DNA of 64,000 bases from the human T2T-CHM13v2.0 reference genome, Homo sapiens (GCF_009914755.1 NC_060947.1); one strand, 5' to 3'. Counted from the first letter of the stretch, positions 1 through 14,954 are shown. Made by a program: numbers and translations. Notes: generated from the sequence alone by a model not told the origin.

Positions 1-79
1 ATGTTTATTCCATTACTCATTCTGACTCTCAGTGACTTTTTTCCACATGTGGCCGTGTGTAAAGCTTAAAAAAACAAGC

Positions 80-551
80 CACATTTTCTTAATCCAGTCT
101 ATCGTTGTTGGACATTTAGGTTGGTTCCAAGTCTTTGCTATTGTGGATAGTGCCGACATATACACCATGGAATACTATGCAGCCATAAAGAAGGATGAGT
201 TCATGTCCTTTGTAGGGACATGGATGAAACTAGAAACCATCATTCTCAGCAAAGCATCGCAAGGACAAAAAACCAAACACCGCATGTTCTCACTCATAGG
301 TGGGAATTGAACAATGAGAACACATGGACACAGGAAGGGGAACATCACACACCGGGGACTGTTGTGGGGTGGGGGGCGGGGGGAGGGATAGCATTAGGAG
401 ATATACCTAATGCTAAACGACGAGTTAATGGGTGCAGCACACCAACATAGCACATGTATACATATGTAACAAACCTGCATGTTGTGCACATGTACCCTAA
501 AACTTAAAGTATAATAATAATAAAATTAAAAAAAAAAACAAAAAAAAAAAC
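80..551 (+). mobile_element. Young L1PA (L1PA3-like) 3' end, 5'-inverted by twin priming (80-155 antisense, 156-551 sense with poly(A))
   Basis: ORF2 C-terminus (YTMEYYAAIKKDEFMSFVGTWMKLETIILSK...HRMFSLIGGN*), G-rich 3' UTR, A tail; TSD aaaacaagc at 71-79 and 552-560; TT|AAAA site at 66-71. Confidence 0.93.
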
Positions 552-1942
552 AAAACAAGCAAACAAAATGCATGTGATCTAATAATAGAAATTCAGAGAA
601 GCTCTAAATATATTAATTAAAAATACAGTGTTTCCCTTACAAAATGTACATCAACCATAAAACAAAGGTGTATACGTACAGAATACAGAAAAAAATACAT
701 ACCTTGTCAACCATATGACAGCTCCTGAATGAGATAATTTTCTATGAGTCTACTACTTTAAGAAGTCATGCAATTCTCAAGCAAGATAGCCAACTAGATG
801 CAGCCAGGAAGACCTTCTCTCATCGAGAAACCTGATGATAAAGAAGACTAGCACACACCAAGCATTGTCGGAAGGCAATGAGACTGGATAGAAGAGGGAC
901 ACAGACTCTGGGTTGAAGAGGGTGGTAGCTGGGAGCCCTACATGGGGTTGCCAAGCACCAGGACTTGTTTCTGGCATTCAGCAGCTTTTGGTGAATGAGT
1001 GAGTTAAGTAGATGCAGTGTGGCCCACTCTTGGCACAGGCCTCCATAATCCTACCTGCAGTAGACCCCACTACCACCATGGACGCTTGGGCTGGCTGCGT
1101 GGAGAGTTGTCAGGGACAGGACTCCAGCCTGCATGGAGCCCAGAGTGTTTGGCATGATAATGGCTAAAGTGGAGCACTGCCAGGGATGCCTGTCTCCCAA
1201 AGTTTGTTATGCGCCTTTAGGTGGCTTTGGCCTTTGTCGACTCTTGGATTTGACAAAACAGGGTTTGTTGCTCATGGGACAGGGCCAGACTGATCTGAAT
1301 GGCAACAGTTTTCCATTCTCCCCCAGGGTCCCTGCCTAGTTGCACCCACTTGCAGTGCAGCTTCAAATGCTCAACCAGGGCATAACCCAGCAGCCACTGC
1401 CATATAGCTCTTTTGCCAGAAGACCCCGCCTAATCATAAGAGAACTTTTGCAGATAGGCCCCTGCCAGCATGCACCTGACCACAGCCACCCACTGACACT
1501 TTGCTGGCACACATGTGTAGATCTTGCCACCACCATCCTACTGCCACAAGCATGTGAATGGACCCTACTGCCAATGGAGCATTCATACAAGCATGGGCTC
1601 TGCTGACACCACCTCAATGAGCACTTTTGCCAACAACTCCCATAGGAGTGTTGTTGCCAGGAGACCAGGAACACCTCTGCCCATCTAGTGCACTACGTGC
1701 TTAACCTTGAGGGGCCAAAGAACACAGCCATGGGCCTGGTACCAACACCCCAGGGTTAGAGCATGCAGCCAGGAGTGCTGAGCTGAGCCTTATTCCCCTG
1801 AAAGCATCCAGACATGAAGCCAGTTGTCTCAACTCAACTTATACCACAGTAAAACCCTCAAAAACACCAAGGAATATAGAAACAAAAAGCCACATCCAAA
1901 GGACAGCAACATCAAAGATGAAAGGAACATCAGCTCACACAG

Positions 1943-2927
1943 ATGAGAAAGAGGCAATGCAAGAACTCTAGCAACTCTAAAAGCCAGAGTGTCTTCTTAC
2001 CTCCAAATAACCACACTAGTTTCTCAGCAATAGCCCAACTGAAATCGCTGAAATGACAGACATAGAATTCAGAATATAAATGGCAATAAAGATCATTGAG
2101 ATTCAGGAGAAAATTAAAACCCAATCCAAGGAATTTAGTAAAATGATTCAAGAGTTGAAAGACAAAATAGCTATATTAAGAAAAAATCAAACTGATTTTA
2201 TAGAGCTGAAAAACTCACTATAAGGATTTCATAATAAAATCAGAAATGTTTGCAGCACCATAGACTAAACAGAGGAAAAGATCTCAGAGCTTGAAGACCA
2301 TTTATTCAAATCAACTAAGTCAGACAAAAATAAAGAAAAGGACAATAAAAACAAATAAACAAAGCCACTGAGAAATATGAAAATATATAAAGAGATGAAA
2401 CCTATGACTCATTGGCATCCCCAAAAGAGGGAGAGAGAGCAAGCAACTTGGAAGATATTTTTAATATTGTGCATGAAAATTTCCCCAACCTCAATAGAGA
2501 AGTTGACATTCAAATTCCAGAAAATCAGATAACCCTTGAGAGATATTATACAAGATGAACATCTCCCAAGACACGTAGTCATCAGATTCTTCAAGGTCAA
2601 TATGTAAGAAAAAATATATTAAAGGCAGCTAGAGAGAAGGGACAGGTCACCTATGAAGGAAGCCTGATCAGGCTAACAGCAGAATATTCAGTAGAAACAT
2701 GACAAACCAGAAGAGACTTGGGATATATATTTGGCATCCTTAAAGAAAAGAAATGCCAACCAAGATTTTCATATCCAACCAAACTAAGCTTCATAAGTGA
2801 AGGAGAAATAAAATCCCTTTCAGATAAGCAAATGCTAAGGGAATTTGTTACCATCAGACCTGCCTTACAAAAGGTCCTTAAGAGAGTGCTAAACATGGAA
2901 ACAAAAGACCATTACCAGCCACAATAA
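1943..2927 (+). pseudogene. Disrupted L1 ORF1p coding region
   Basis: MRKRQCKNSSNSKSQSVFLPPN start; C-terminal fragment KEKKCQPRFSYPTKLSFISEGEIKSLSDKQMLREFVT; multiple stops. Confidence 0.85.
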
Positions 2928-3008
2928 AAGTCCACTTAAGTACAAAGTGTATTGACACAATAAAGCAAATATACAATCAAGTCTACATAATAACTAGCTA
3001 GCAACGTG

Positions 3009-4276
3009 ATGACAGGATCAAATATGCACATATCAATATTAACTTTGATCATAAATGGGCTAAACGCCCCACTTAGGCACAGAGTGGCAAGGTGGATAAA
3101 GAAGCAAGACCCAACGGTATACTGTCTTCAAGAGACCCATCTCACATGCAAGGACATCCATAGACTGAAAGTAAAGGAATGCAGAAAAATCTACCAAGCA
3201 AACAGAAAACAAAAGAAAACAGGAGTTTCTATTCTAATTTCAGGCAAAACAGATTTTAAACCAACAAAGATCAAAAAAGAAAAAGAACAGTATTACATAA
3301 TGGTAAAGGGCTCAATTCAACAAGAAGACATAACTATCCTAAATATATATGCACCCAACACATGAACACCCAGATTTATAAAATAAGTATTTAGACACCT
3401 ATGAAGAGGATTAAATAATTACACAATAATAGTGGGAAACTTTAACACCTCACTGACAGAGAAATCATCGAGGCACAAAACTAACAAGGGTATTTGGGAC
3501 TTAAGCTTGACACTTGAAGAGATGGACCTAACAGACATCTACAGAACATTCCACCCAACAAAAACAGAATATACTTTCTTCTTACCTGCACATTGCACAT
3601 ACTCAGATCAACCACATGCTCAGCCATAAAGTAACTCTCAAAAAATTCAAAGAAACTGAAATCATACCAAACATATTCTCAGTCCAAAGTGCAATAAAAG
3701 TAGATATTGGTTCCAAGAAGTTCTCTCAAAACATTTCCTCCTGGGTGACTTTTGAGTAAACAATGAAACTAAGGCAGAAATCAAGAAATTATTTAAATGA
3801 ATGAAACCTCAAAGATACAACAGACCAGAATCTCTGGGACACAGCTAAAGCAATGTTAAGAGGAAAATTTACAGCACAAAATACACATATCAAAAAGTTA
3901 GAAAGATCTAAAATTAGCAACCTAACATCACACCTCGTGGAACTAGAGAAATAAGAGTAAATCAACCCCAAAGATAGTAGAAGAAAAATAACCAAAATCA
4001 GAGCTGAATTGAATGAAATGGAGATGTGAAAAATGATACAAAAGATCAGTGAAACCAAAAGTTTGTTCTTTGAAAGAATGAATAACATTGATAGACTACT
4101 AAATATACTAATTTTAAAAAATCCAAATAAACACAATCAGAGATGACAAAGAGGACATTGCCACTGATCCCACAGAAATACAAAAAAAAAAAAACCCTCA
4201 GAGAATTACAATCACCTCTCTGCACACAAACTAGAAAATCTAACAAAAATTGATGGAATCCTGGAAACATACAAAC
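3009..4276 (+). pseudogene. Disrupted L1 ORF2p endonuclease domain and linker
   Basis: MTGSNMHISILTLIINGLNAP...CLQETHL...ILNIYAPNT; GNFNTSL, DIYRTFHP motifs; stops and frameshifts. Confidence 0.9.
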
Positions 4277-4568
4277 TTTTTGTTTTTTTTTTTTTTTGAG
4301 ACAGAGTCTCGCTGTGTCACCCAGGATGGTGTGATCTCTGCTCACTGCAGTCTCCACTTCTCGGGTTCAAGTGATTCTGCTGCCTCAGCCTCCCGAGTAG
4401 CTGAGACTACAGGCGTGCACCACCACACCCAGCTAATTTTTGTATTTTTAGTAGAGACGGGGTTTCGCCATGTTTGCCAGGCTGGTCTCAAACTCCTGAC
4501 CTCAGGCGATCCGCCTGCCTAGGCCTCCCAAAGTACTGGGGTTACAGGCGTGAGCCACTGCGCCCAGC
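4277..4568 (-). mobile_element. AluS (Sx-like), ~10-bp deletion in right arm
   Basis: Poly(T) followed by Alu reverse complement; imperfect TSD gaaacata(c/g)aaac. Confidence 0.93.
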
Positions 4569-6357
4569 AGAAACATAGAAACCTTAAAAGTGCCTCAGTG
4601 CCTAATTTCCTACCATTCTCCATCCTAGATTAAATGACATAAATGACTGATTATACTGTAATAATACCAATATCTATAAAGGGGAATTCTTTTATTCATA
4701 TTAAAATAAACCAACTCTTCTAAAACCTAACAGAAAACTTGTCTAGTTTCCTAGTTTTATTGTAATTTGAGTAGAAAAAATGTTTCTTAGAGGATCCATT
4801 TTAGCACAGAATTGATTTCATTTATATCTTCAAATGATCAGAGCAATATTGTGTGCTATGTGTCTAATCTTTCACTGGCTACTATGGGGGAAATTTCAGG
4901 TGACACTAATGAATCTTTCAAGTTTCAGGAAGCTGAACAGGGATACAGCCAACTGGTGAAGTATCCTGGAAATAATGAATAGTGAGGACATACTATCAGA
5001 AAAAAAAGACAAATTTTTGTTACTATCATTAAATATAGGGCTTTTTTAAAAGCACCCTTTTTATTGTATTCAAATATCTAATTTATCATGTGTACTTTTA
5101 AAAAGAAGGACATTTTTAACAAAATTTGCTTTGGAACTATGGAATTGAGACAGAAGGGCTGCTATCAACATATAATCATTATTGGTGCTAAACAATTCAA
5201 GATTTGTAAAGATTTGGCAGAATTTGGGGGACCTTCCAATAGTAAGTGTGTAGTATTTCTGAACACAGAAAAGGAAGTGTTTTGGATAGCATTAGATTCC
5301 AACACGTTTCTCAAGCAGTTAAGTGCACTGAGGATTCCATCTGTGGCTTTTGTCCACCATTAGGTTCTCTTCAAGATCTGTCTGTGGATCAGAGAGGGAA
5401 ATGTGGGCCACAAGTTGGGCAAAAATGGACCAGGGAGTTTTTATTCTTTTGATTATTGTGGTTATTATTAGTGGGTCAAATTTCAAATTATTTTCATTGC
5501 TAGGGAGAAAATAATTTTGCTTGCTTGGGTTTATTGGCTTACAGGTGGAAATTTAAAATATGGGCTTAACAAATCCTTACAGAAAACTGGACATTCTCCC
5601 CTCTATTCATATTTTATACAGCAGTGCAACAGAGATATTGGAATCTCACAGCTATTAAGATTCTGTGAACATAATTCACAGAATGCTTCCCTGAGGGGAT
5701 GTCCACTCAAGTGACACTTCGGGTCTCTTTCTCTTCAGCATCTGTAACTCATTTATGAGGCTGGATCAATATTGTGGACCAAGTATGCTCCAGGTGTTTC
5801 TTTTACTGAAGTGGCTAACGTATTGAAGCAAGACCACCTTCCTAGCAAGAGAACAACCATTTATTTTTTGTTTTTGTTTTTGTTTATTTCTGGTCTGGGA
5901 TATATAAGTTGGCATGTGCCTCTGCTAGAGGAGGCAGACACTGAGTTTTAGCTTCTGAATATACGTGTTTTCAATAACTATATAAAGGTAATTCTGTAAT
6001 CCTCTCTGGCTTGAGGGTTTTGCAAAATTTTTCTCATGACAAATTGAAATTTTTAATATATTTGAGACCCATTGCGTTAGCGATTGTTGTGGACATTTTA
6101 TTGCCAAAGAATGCTCCTGAGTGAAGAGACACATATTTGTTTAATTTCTAATCCCATGTTCATTGAGCTTTACTTGACAATACTCAAAAGATTTCTCAAT
6201 GATCCCCAAACTTTTCCTTTTTAAAAAGCAAATTCTGTAATTTTTCCTTTTATTGCTCCTTATATTTTTCTGTATTAACTCCCTTGCCGTTTTTGTGTTT
6301 TCCCAATCTTGATCTTGTATTTGGACCAGTAATACCCATATCTCCTCCAACTTTCTT

Positions 6358-6530
6358 AGGAAAATATCTAGGTTTTTTTGGAACAAGGAGCTTATATAAT
6401 TCTGTGTGAGGGACTCTTAAGAGAAAGGATATAATATTATCATAACCCACCAGAGCCTTGGAAGAGGCCTGTGCAAATGAAGAGTTCCGAAGATTGAGTT
6501 TAATTAGCTTCATGCGAAATCTGCCCATAA
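6358..6530 (-). mobile_element. ORSL-like hAT-Tip100 non-autonomous element
   Basis: Reverse complement ggcagatttcgcatgaagctaat...ttgcacaggcctcttccaagg...aattatataagct resembles ORSL ends. Confidence 0.55.
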
Positions 6531-7029
6531 CTGTTAATTTATCCCAGACCTGATTGTCCTTTCCATTGATTTCTCATTATATATTCATTAGAGGACAACT
6601 AACAGAGCTTATGCTGCTAAGCATAAGCTTAAAATTTATTCAGCACACCATTTTCACTTACTACAAAGAAACCAGTTTTGCAAAGAAGCAGCAGTGGACT
6701 TGGCAGAAATTCTGAGACTTAATTCTTAACGATGTAAATCTGTCTATGAATAAAACTGGAGCTAGATGGGATTATAAACTAGGCAGGCAATGCAACCTTC
6801 ACTCTGAGCAATGCAACTTTCACTTTAAAAGAGAGGGAGCAGAAGAAAGAGAGGCATGGATGGAGGTGACAAACAGGAAAGCAGTGTATTTCTTATTGTG
6901 AAAAAGAATAAATAAATTTAAAGGAATTTCAGAAGCTGTTGACAATAGTGAGTTAACAGATATATTAACTTTTTGGTATATTTAGTTGATGTTCAACATA
7001 TCTATTCCTACTGCTAGAGAAATAGTGTG

Positions 7030-7185
7030 AACTGATAGACTTCAGCCTTTGAAATTAAATAGACCTCAGTATAAACCCTGGCTCTGACACTTAATAGCTG
7101 TGAGACTCTAATATCTCTGTTGCACTGCTGTATAAAGTATGAATAGGAGAATGTCCAGCTTGCTGTAAGGGTTTGTTATGATGTA
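7030..7185 (+). mobile_element. MIR fragment
   Basis: agacctcagtataaaccctggctctgacacttaatagctgtgaga, MIR core-like. Confidence 0.6.
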
Positions 7186-7413
7186 TGTGAGTGTGTATGT
7201 ATGTGTACATATATGATACTGAATGAATCAGCAGTCATAGCATTATTAGTATGAAACAATCAATATGTGTGTATATATACCTGTATACACATATATGATG
7301 GGTATATCATATATACATATAAATGATATAATGGCCATTAAATAAAAATTATAGATTAAATATTTATAAATATCCATATTTAAGACAGAGCAATAAACCT
7401 GTCATTTAAATGA

Positions 7414-7739
<326 letters not shown>

Positions 7740-8519
7740 AGTCTTCTATTTGTTTAAAAAATTTCATTAAGTATTTTGCTTTTATTATAATCATAGTAAT
7801 AATTTTGTGGATAAATGAATGCATTTTTCATTTTTTTCTTTTGCATTGCAGCTTGAATCAAGCAGCCATATTCCCTTACCTGCCTCTCTCTCAAAGTTGC
7901 ATTCTAGCAACTGTAATTTAAACTAATGTTCTTATTAAATAATTTGTTTTAGGGACAAAAATTAATCAAAGTGATAATGGCTTTTCCATTCTCATAAGCA
8001 TTATTCTGTTAAAGTTATGAACCATCTTGAGTTCTGAGTTATAAGAATAAAGTGAGTTGGGGTATCTGAGATTTAAAAAGATTATTTATTGGAATTCTAG
8101 ATAATGCTCATATTTGACAGCACCAGTATTTGAAAAGAAAGAGAAATCTGCATAATTATTAAGGAGTAAGTTGGAAAACCCATATCAGAAATCTGGTATC
8201 ACTAAGAGCCTAGTTCATTGATTTTTCACACTTCAGATTGGGGTTTATAGTGAGATGTGAAATCAATTTCTAAGTCCTGATCAGCATCTTAAAATGGAAT
8301 AGAATTAAGCAGAATAGAACAAAACAGAATAAAAAGTAGGAACAGTGGGTTAAATGAGTAGTTCTACAGAATATCATCTCCCCATCCCTGATCATTCACT
8401 AAAGAGTTAATGTATTAAGCGAGATCATAAAACTGGACAATTCTAAGTAATAAACTAGCTCTCTGACATATTCTAAAGTTCACTTAATTCTACTAAAATA
8501 ATTTTACATATATAATATT

Positions 8520-11010
8520 GTTTTCTAATTGAGCAATACTTTACAGAAAACAAAGTGAAAATATTTTAATTATACAGTTCAATAAGTTTTCACAAACATA
8601 TGCATCCATTTAACAACTACCCGTATTAAGATCAAGGTTTCTGTCATTTCAGAATGTTCCCCTGTACCTCTATCTAGACAGTACTTGAACCCATGTAGAT
8701 ACACTTACTGTTTATATTTGTCAACATCCTTTAGTGTTTCCCCTTAAAGTACTTCATGTGAATGGAAACATTAAAATCTGATGTGTTTTGAGCCTGGGTT
8801 CTTTCACTCAACATGTTTTTGAAGCATTTTTCACATTGATTCGAATATTACAGGTTCATCATTTTTATTTCTTTTCACTAGTGAATTGAATACACATACT
8901 AAATATTTATAATACTGATAAACATTTGGATTGTTTCTATGTTTTGGCAACTATGAAAAAAGCTGTGGTAAATATTTTTACACACATCTTAGAAAGAATA
9001 TATGTTCTATTTTTGGCCCCAGAGTCACTGATTCATAGGATAAGGTACATAGTAACTTTATTTTTTAAAAACTCCCAAACTGTTTTCCAAAGTGCTGGTA
9101 TCCTTTTACATTCATGCCCAGCAATGTATTTATCAATCTTCTACAATTTAGCTAAAAAAGTGTGAAATAGTAAATCTTACTAATTTTAATCTGTGTTTTC
9201 TTACTGACTATTGACTTTTGAGAACCTTTCATTTGCTAAATGGCAATTTCTATATCTTATTTAGAGAAATGGTGATTGGAAACCATTGCCCATATCAGAT
9301 GTTTGTCATTCTTGTCATAGGAGTTATTTATATGTTATAAGTTCTTTGTCTTGTGAAATAAAATATTTTCCCCACTTTTGACTTACTTTTTAATTTCCTT
9401 AACAGTATTTTTAATAAACAGAGCCTTTAAATACTTTTAATAAAATACAGACTATTTTCTCTTATGATCAGTGGCTTCTGCATCCTAAGAACTTTTTGCT
9501 AATTTCAAGGTCGTGAGCATATTCTCCTCTGTTTTTTCAAGAAGGTTTATGATTACAGCTTGTATATTTAGATTTGTGATTCAACACAAATATATTTCTA
9601 TATGATGAAAGAGAGCAATGTGGGTTTATTTTTCTTATGGGTATCCAATTGTTTTAGCACCATTTGTTGAAAAGATTATCTTTTCCCTCATTGAATTGGT
9701 TGGCATTGTTGTCAAAAATTAATTGACCATAACTGTAAAGGTATACTTCTGGACTCTCAGTTCTATTTTATTGACTTATATGTTTATTCTTAAGCTAGTA
9801 TCACGTTGTCTTTATTATGCTAGCTTTACAGTAAGTCGTGAAATCAGGTCTTCCATACTTAGACTGGTCATTCAAGATTGGTTGATCATATCTCTTTTGT
9901 ATTTCCATATACATTTTAGAATCAGCTTGTAAATTAGTGTCCCCCAAAAGAAGTTAGACAATGTTTTTATTAGAATTGTGTTGACTCCATAGGTTCATTT
10001 GATAAGAATAGGCATCTTAATATTGAATCTTCCAATCCATTAATGTGGTATGTCACTTATTTACATTTTGTTGATTTCAGTGTAGAGGTCTTGTGTACTT
10101 TTGTTAATTTTATTTCTATGGCTTTCATGCTTTGCTGCTGATAAAAATACTATTGTTTCAACTTTTGGTTTTGCTAGTATATGATAATAATTTTTTTTTA
10201 TATTGAGTATATATCCTTTGACTGTGCCAAATTCACTCATTAGTTCTGGATTCCTTAATATTTTCTCTCCCTATAATTATGTCATTTGTAAATAAAGATT
10301 GTTTTACAGCTATTTTTTTTTAATGCTTGTGCCTTTTAAAAATTGCCTTAAAACACTACCAAGCATCCTCAGTAAAGTGATGAGAATGGATATCCTTGCT
10401 TTGGTAATTGCTATCTATGGTCTGAATATGTCCCCAAAAATTAATATGTAGAAACTTAATTTCCAATGTGATAATATTAAGAAGTAAGACCTTTAGGAGG
10501 TTAGTAAGTCATGAGAGTAGAACCTTCATGGATGGAATGACGGCTTTTATAATATTGAAGCAGTGAGTTTATTCTGTTCTGCTCTTCCACTGCGTGAGGA
10601 CAAGGGAACAGCATCTGTTGCTTTTGCCCTTCTATCTTTTCTGCCTTGTGAGGACGCAGCAAGACGCACCATCTTGGAATCAGAGAATAGCTGTTACCAG
10701 ACACCAAATATTCCCAACATATTAATCTTGTATTTCCAGACTCCACAACCGTGAGAAACAAATTTCTATTCTTTATAAATTACCCTTTCTCAGGTATTTT
10801 GTTATAGCAGAACGAATGGACATAAAAAGAAAGTGTATACAATTTTACAATTAAGCATAGTGTTAACGACAGTATTTTTAACAAGGGTATTTTATTAGAT
10901 TGAGGAATTTCACTTCTGCTAAATAGTGTCAAATCTATTGAGAAGATATTGATTTTCTCCTTTATTCTGTAAAAGGGCGAGTTACATCAATTATTTCAAA
11001 ATGTTAACGT
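8520..11010 (-). mobile_element. Old L1 (L1MD/L1ME-like) 3' UTR and ORF2 end, split by an MSTD
   Basis: Degenerate L1M 3' UTR followed by antisense ORF2 motifs (ttagcaccatttgttgaaaag, ttttagaatcagcttgt). Confidence 0.75.
10409..10828 (+). mobile_element. MaLR solo LTR (MSTD-like)
   Basis: tatggtctgaatatgtcccc start; ccatcttggaa; tttataaattaccc...gttatagcag end. Confidence 0.8.
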
Positions 11011-12100
11011 AAGCAATGTTTTAGAAAAACTTAAAATTTATATTTCTGGCTTATGTTCTTGCTAGTCACTGATTTTATGGTTTTCTTCTGGTTAGAAAAA
11101 ATATTGCAAACATAATATTCGTTTGTTCTGGTTATTGCTGAATATGGCTTCCTAGCCATTATTATACACAAAACTACTACTTTGAAAGTTATTTTCTTAA
11201 CTTATAATTATTTTTGGAAGACCATTGATTCCTAGTTTCACTGGTAATGTCACTTCTCATTGAAATAATTAAAATTACTCTTAAGCTCATATTTAAATGC
11301 TATAGAAATTTAATTTAATCAGATATTCTTATACTGAATTTTTAAAAACTCAGAATAATTTTTCTAAACAAAAATAATGCAAAAACAAGTTTTCTAAATC
11401 CAATAATTAATCTTGAAAGAATTTTGAACTTACAGAAAGGGATAATTGTCATAACTAATAATGAAAATCCTTAATTGATAAGTACAGTCTAGACACAAGT
11501 GATACAAATAATTTCCTACAGAGCTGAACATTTTTAGTTAACTGTTATTTTACTGTTCATATTAAATTGAAGTATCATACATTTGTATTTTTCTATTATT
11601 TTATATTGTCTTGTGTGCCTCATTGAATGAATATAATAGATACTGATGTTGTAGTTTTGTTTGCCTTTTTTTGTTTTGAGATTAAGAAATTTCTAGTTAT
11701 TTTTAAAAGAAGGACAAAACAGTGAGTAAAGAGTCAGTTTCACATATTGCTTTAAAACGGTACATGATGGGGTAAATTTAGCAAAATCTAACAAACTTAT
11801 ACATTCTGTCTCTCTTTCTCTTTCATTGCACATACTTTTTTATTTTTTATTTTTACTTTTTTGTTTTTGCATATACTATTTTATATTTGCCGATATGTAT
11901 TCTTAGGATGGGTTCTTAGGAACAAATTGAATCAAAGCCACGTGAAGAAACTGGGGTGCTTAACATATCTGAAATCACCATTTATTTTAGATCTGTAATA
12001 ATTACATCAGTTTAATATTGTATATGAAAGTAGTTCTAATAAATAGAGATTACGTACAGATCCATTGATACATGACAGATATTTCAGCATATACCAATGA

Positions 12101-12631
<531 letters not shown>

Positions 12632-14954
12632 CCTTTTTTTCTCCCTAATTTTTAGTTTTTGTGGGTACATAATAGGTATACATATTTATGGGGTATATGG
12701 GATATTTTAATACAGGCATACAGTATGTAATAATCACATCAGAGTAAATGGGGTATCCTTAACATCAAGCATTTATCCTTTGTGTTATAAACAATCCAAT
12801 TACATACTTTTATTTCTTTTAAGATGTACAATTAAATTATTATTGACTATAGTCACCCTGTTGTGCTATCAAATGCTAGGTCTTACTCATTTCTTCTAAC
12901 TATTGTTTTGTACCCATTAACCATTCCCACTTCCTTCCCACCCCCTCACTACCCTTCCCACCCTCTGGTAACCATCATTCTTCTCTTTATCTGCATATGT
13001 TCAATTGTTTTAATTTTTAGCTCCCACAAATAACTGAGAATATGAAAAGTTCATATTTTTGAGCCTGGCTTATTTCACTTAACATAATGGCCTCTGGTCC
13101 CATATATGTTGTGGTAAATAACAGGATCTCTTTCTTTTTACAGCTGAATAGCACTCCACTGTGTATATTTACCACATTTTCTTTATTCATTCGTCTGCTG
13201 ACAGACATAGTTTGCTTTTAAATCTTGGATATTGTGAATACTGCTGCAATAAACACGGGAGTGCAGATATCTCTTTGATATATAGATTTAGATTTTCATT
13301 ATTTGGGGTGTATACATAGCAGTGGGATTGATGGGTCGTATGGTAGCTTTATTTTTAGTTCTTTGAGGAACCTCCAAACTGTTCTTCATAGTGATTGTAT
13401 TAATGTACATTACCACCCAGTGTGTATGAGAGTTCCCTTTTCTCCACATCCTTGCCAGCATTTGTTATTGCCTGTCTTTTGGATAAAAACTTTTTAATTG
13501 GAGTAAGATGTAGTTTTGATATGCATTTTTCTGATGTTCAAAGATGTTGAGCACTTTTTCAAATATCTCATATGCCATTTGTATGCCTTCTTTTGAGAAA
13601 TGCCTACTCATAGCTTTTGCCCAGTTTTTAATCAGAATATTAGATTTTTTCCTATATAGTTATTTGAACTCTGTATATATTTCAGTTATTAATCCATTAT
13701 CAGATGGATAGTTTGCAAATATTTTCTCCCATCCTGTGGGTTGTCTCTTCATTTTGTGAAATGTTTTCTTTGCTGTGCAGAAGCTTTGTAACTTGAAATG
13801 ATTCCACTTGTCCATTTTTGCTTTGATTGCCTGTGCTTTGGGGTATTACTTAAGAAATGTTTGCCCAGAATAATATCCTGGAGAGTTTCTCTAATGTTTT
13901 CTTTTAGCAGTTTCATAGTTTGAGGACATCAATTTAAGTCTTTAATCCATTATGATTTGATTTTTGTATATGGTAAAAGATATAGGGTCTAGTTGTATTT
14001 TTCTGCTTAAGAATATCCAGTTTTTGAGCATCGGTTATTGACAATGCTGTCCTTTACCTAAGTATGTTCATGGCACTTTTGTCAAAAATGAGTTTACTTA
14101 TATGTATGGATTTGATTCTGAGTTATCTATTCTGTTCTATTGGTTTATGTGTCTGTTTTTATGACAGTAACATGCTATTTTGGTTATTATAGTTCTGTAG
14201 TATAAATTGAAGACAGATAATGTGGCTTTTTCAGTTTTGTTCTTTTTCTTTAGTACAGCTTTGGCTATTCTGGGTCTTCTGTGGTTCCATATAAGTTTTA
14301 GGATTTTTTTTATTTCTGTATTTTGATAGAGATTGCATTGAATATGTAGATGTATGGACAGTTTAACAATATTGATTCTTCCAATCCACGGATATGGAAT
14401 ATTTTCCCATTTTTCTGGTGTCCTCTTCAATTTCTTACATCAATGTTTTGTAATTTTTATTGCAGAGATCTTTCACTCCTTTGGTTAAGCTAATTCCTAG
14501 GAATTTTATTTTATTTGTAGCTATTGTAAATGGTATTACTTTCTTTATTTTCTTTTCAGGTTGCTCACTGTTGGCATATATAAATGCCATTGATTTTTTG
14601 TATGTCGATGTTGTATTCTGCAACTTTACTGAATTTGTTTATCAGTTCTAATAGTTTTTTGTGGAGTTTTTAGGTTTTTCCAAACATGAGATCATATCAT
14701 CTGCAAACAAGGAAAATTTGACTTCTTCCTTTCTAATTGTGATGCCCCTTATTTATTTCCCCTCTCTGATTGCTCTAGCCAGGACTTCCAGTACCTTGGA
14801 ACTTCCAGTACTATATCCCCTCTCTGTTGCTCCAGCTGGGACTTCCAGTACTATGTGTTTCACTCTGCTGAATAACAGGGTGAAAGTTTACATCCTTGTT
14901 GTGTTCCAGATCTCAGAGGAAAGACTTTCTGTGTTTCCTCATTCAGTATGATAC

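Larger units (their letters stand above)
775..4276 (+). mobile_element. L1P4 (L1PA15/16-like) 5' half: 5' UTR, decayed ORF1, start of ORF2; 3' part absent
   Basis: Start caagatagccaactagatgcagccagg; ORF1 and ORF2 homology below; L1 sequence stops at the Alu at ~4277. Confidence 0.88.

Noticed and set aside
365-388. G-quadruplex-like tract
   Set aside because: Standard L1PA 3' UTR polypurine tract
5088-5950. ORFs and a possible acceptor in unique sequence
   Set aside because: No recognisable homology and no good donor
6787-6824. Short spaced direct repeats (also 23908-23956, 32768-32800, ~39964-40026)
   Set aside because: Two-copy 14-21 bp slippage duplications; not arrays and not CRISPR-like
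7874-7915. Minus-strand micro-exon LLECNFEREA with CAG|GTAAG, MAM-like CNFE
   Set aside because: Only 31 nt, weak acceptor, rest of the MAM motif absent
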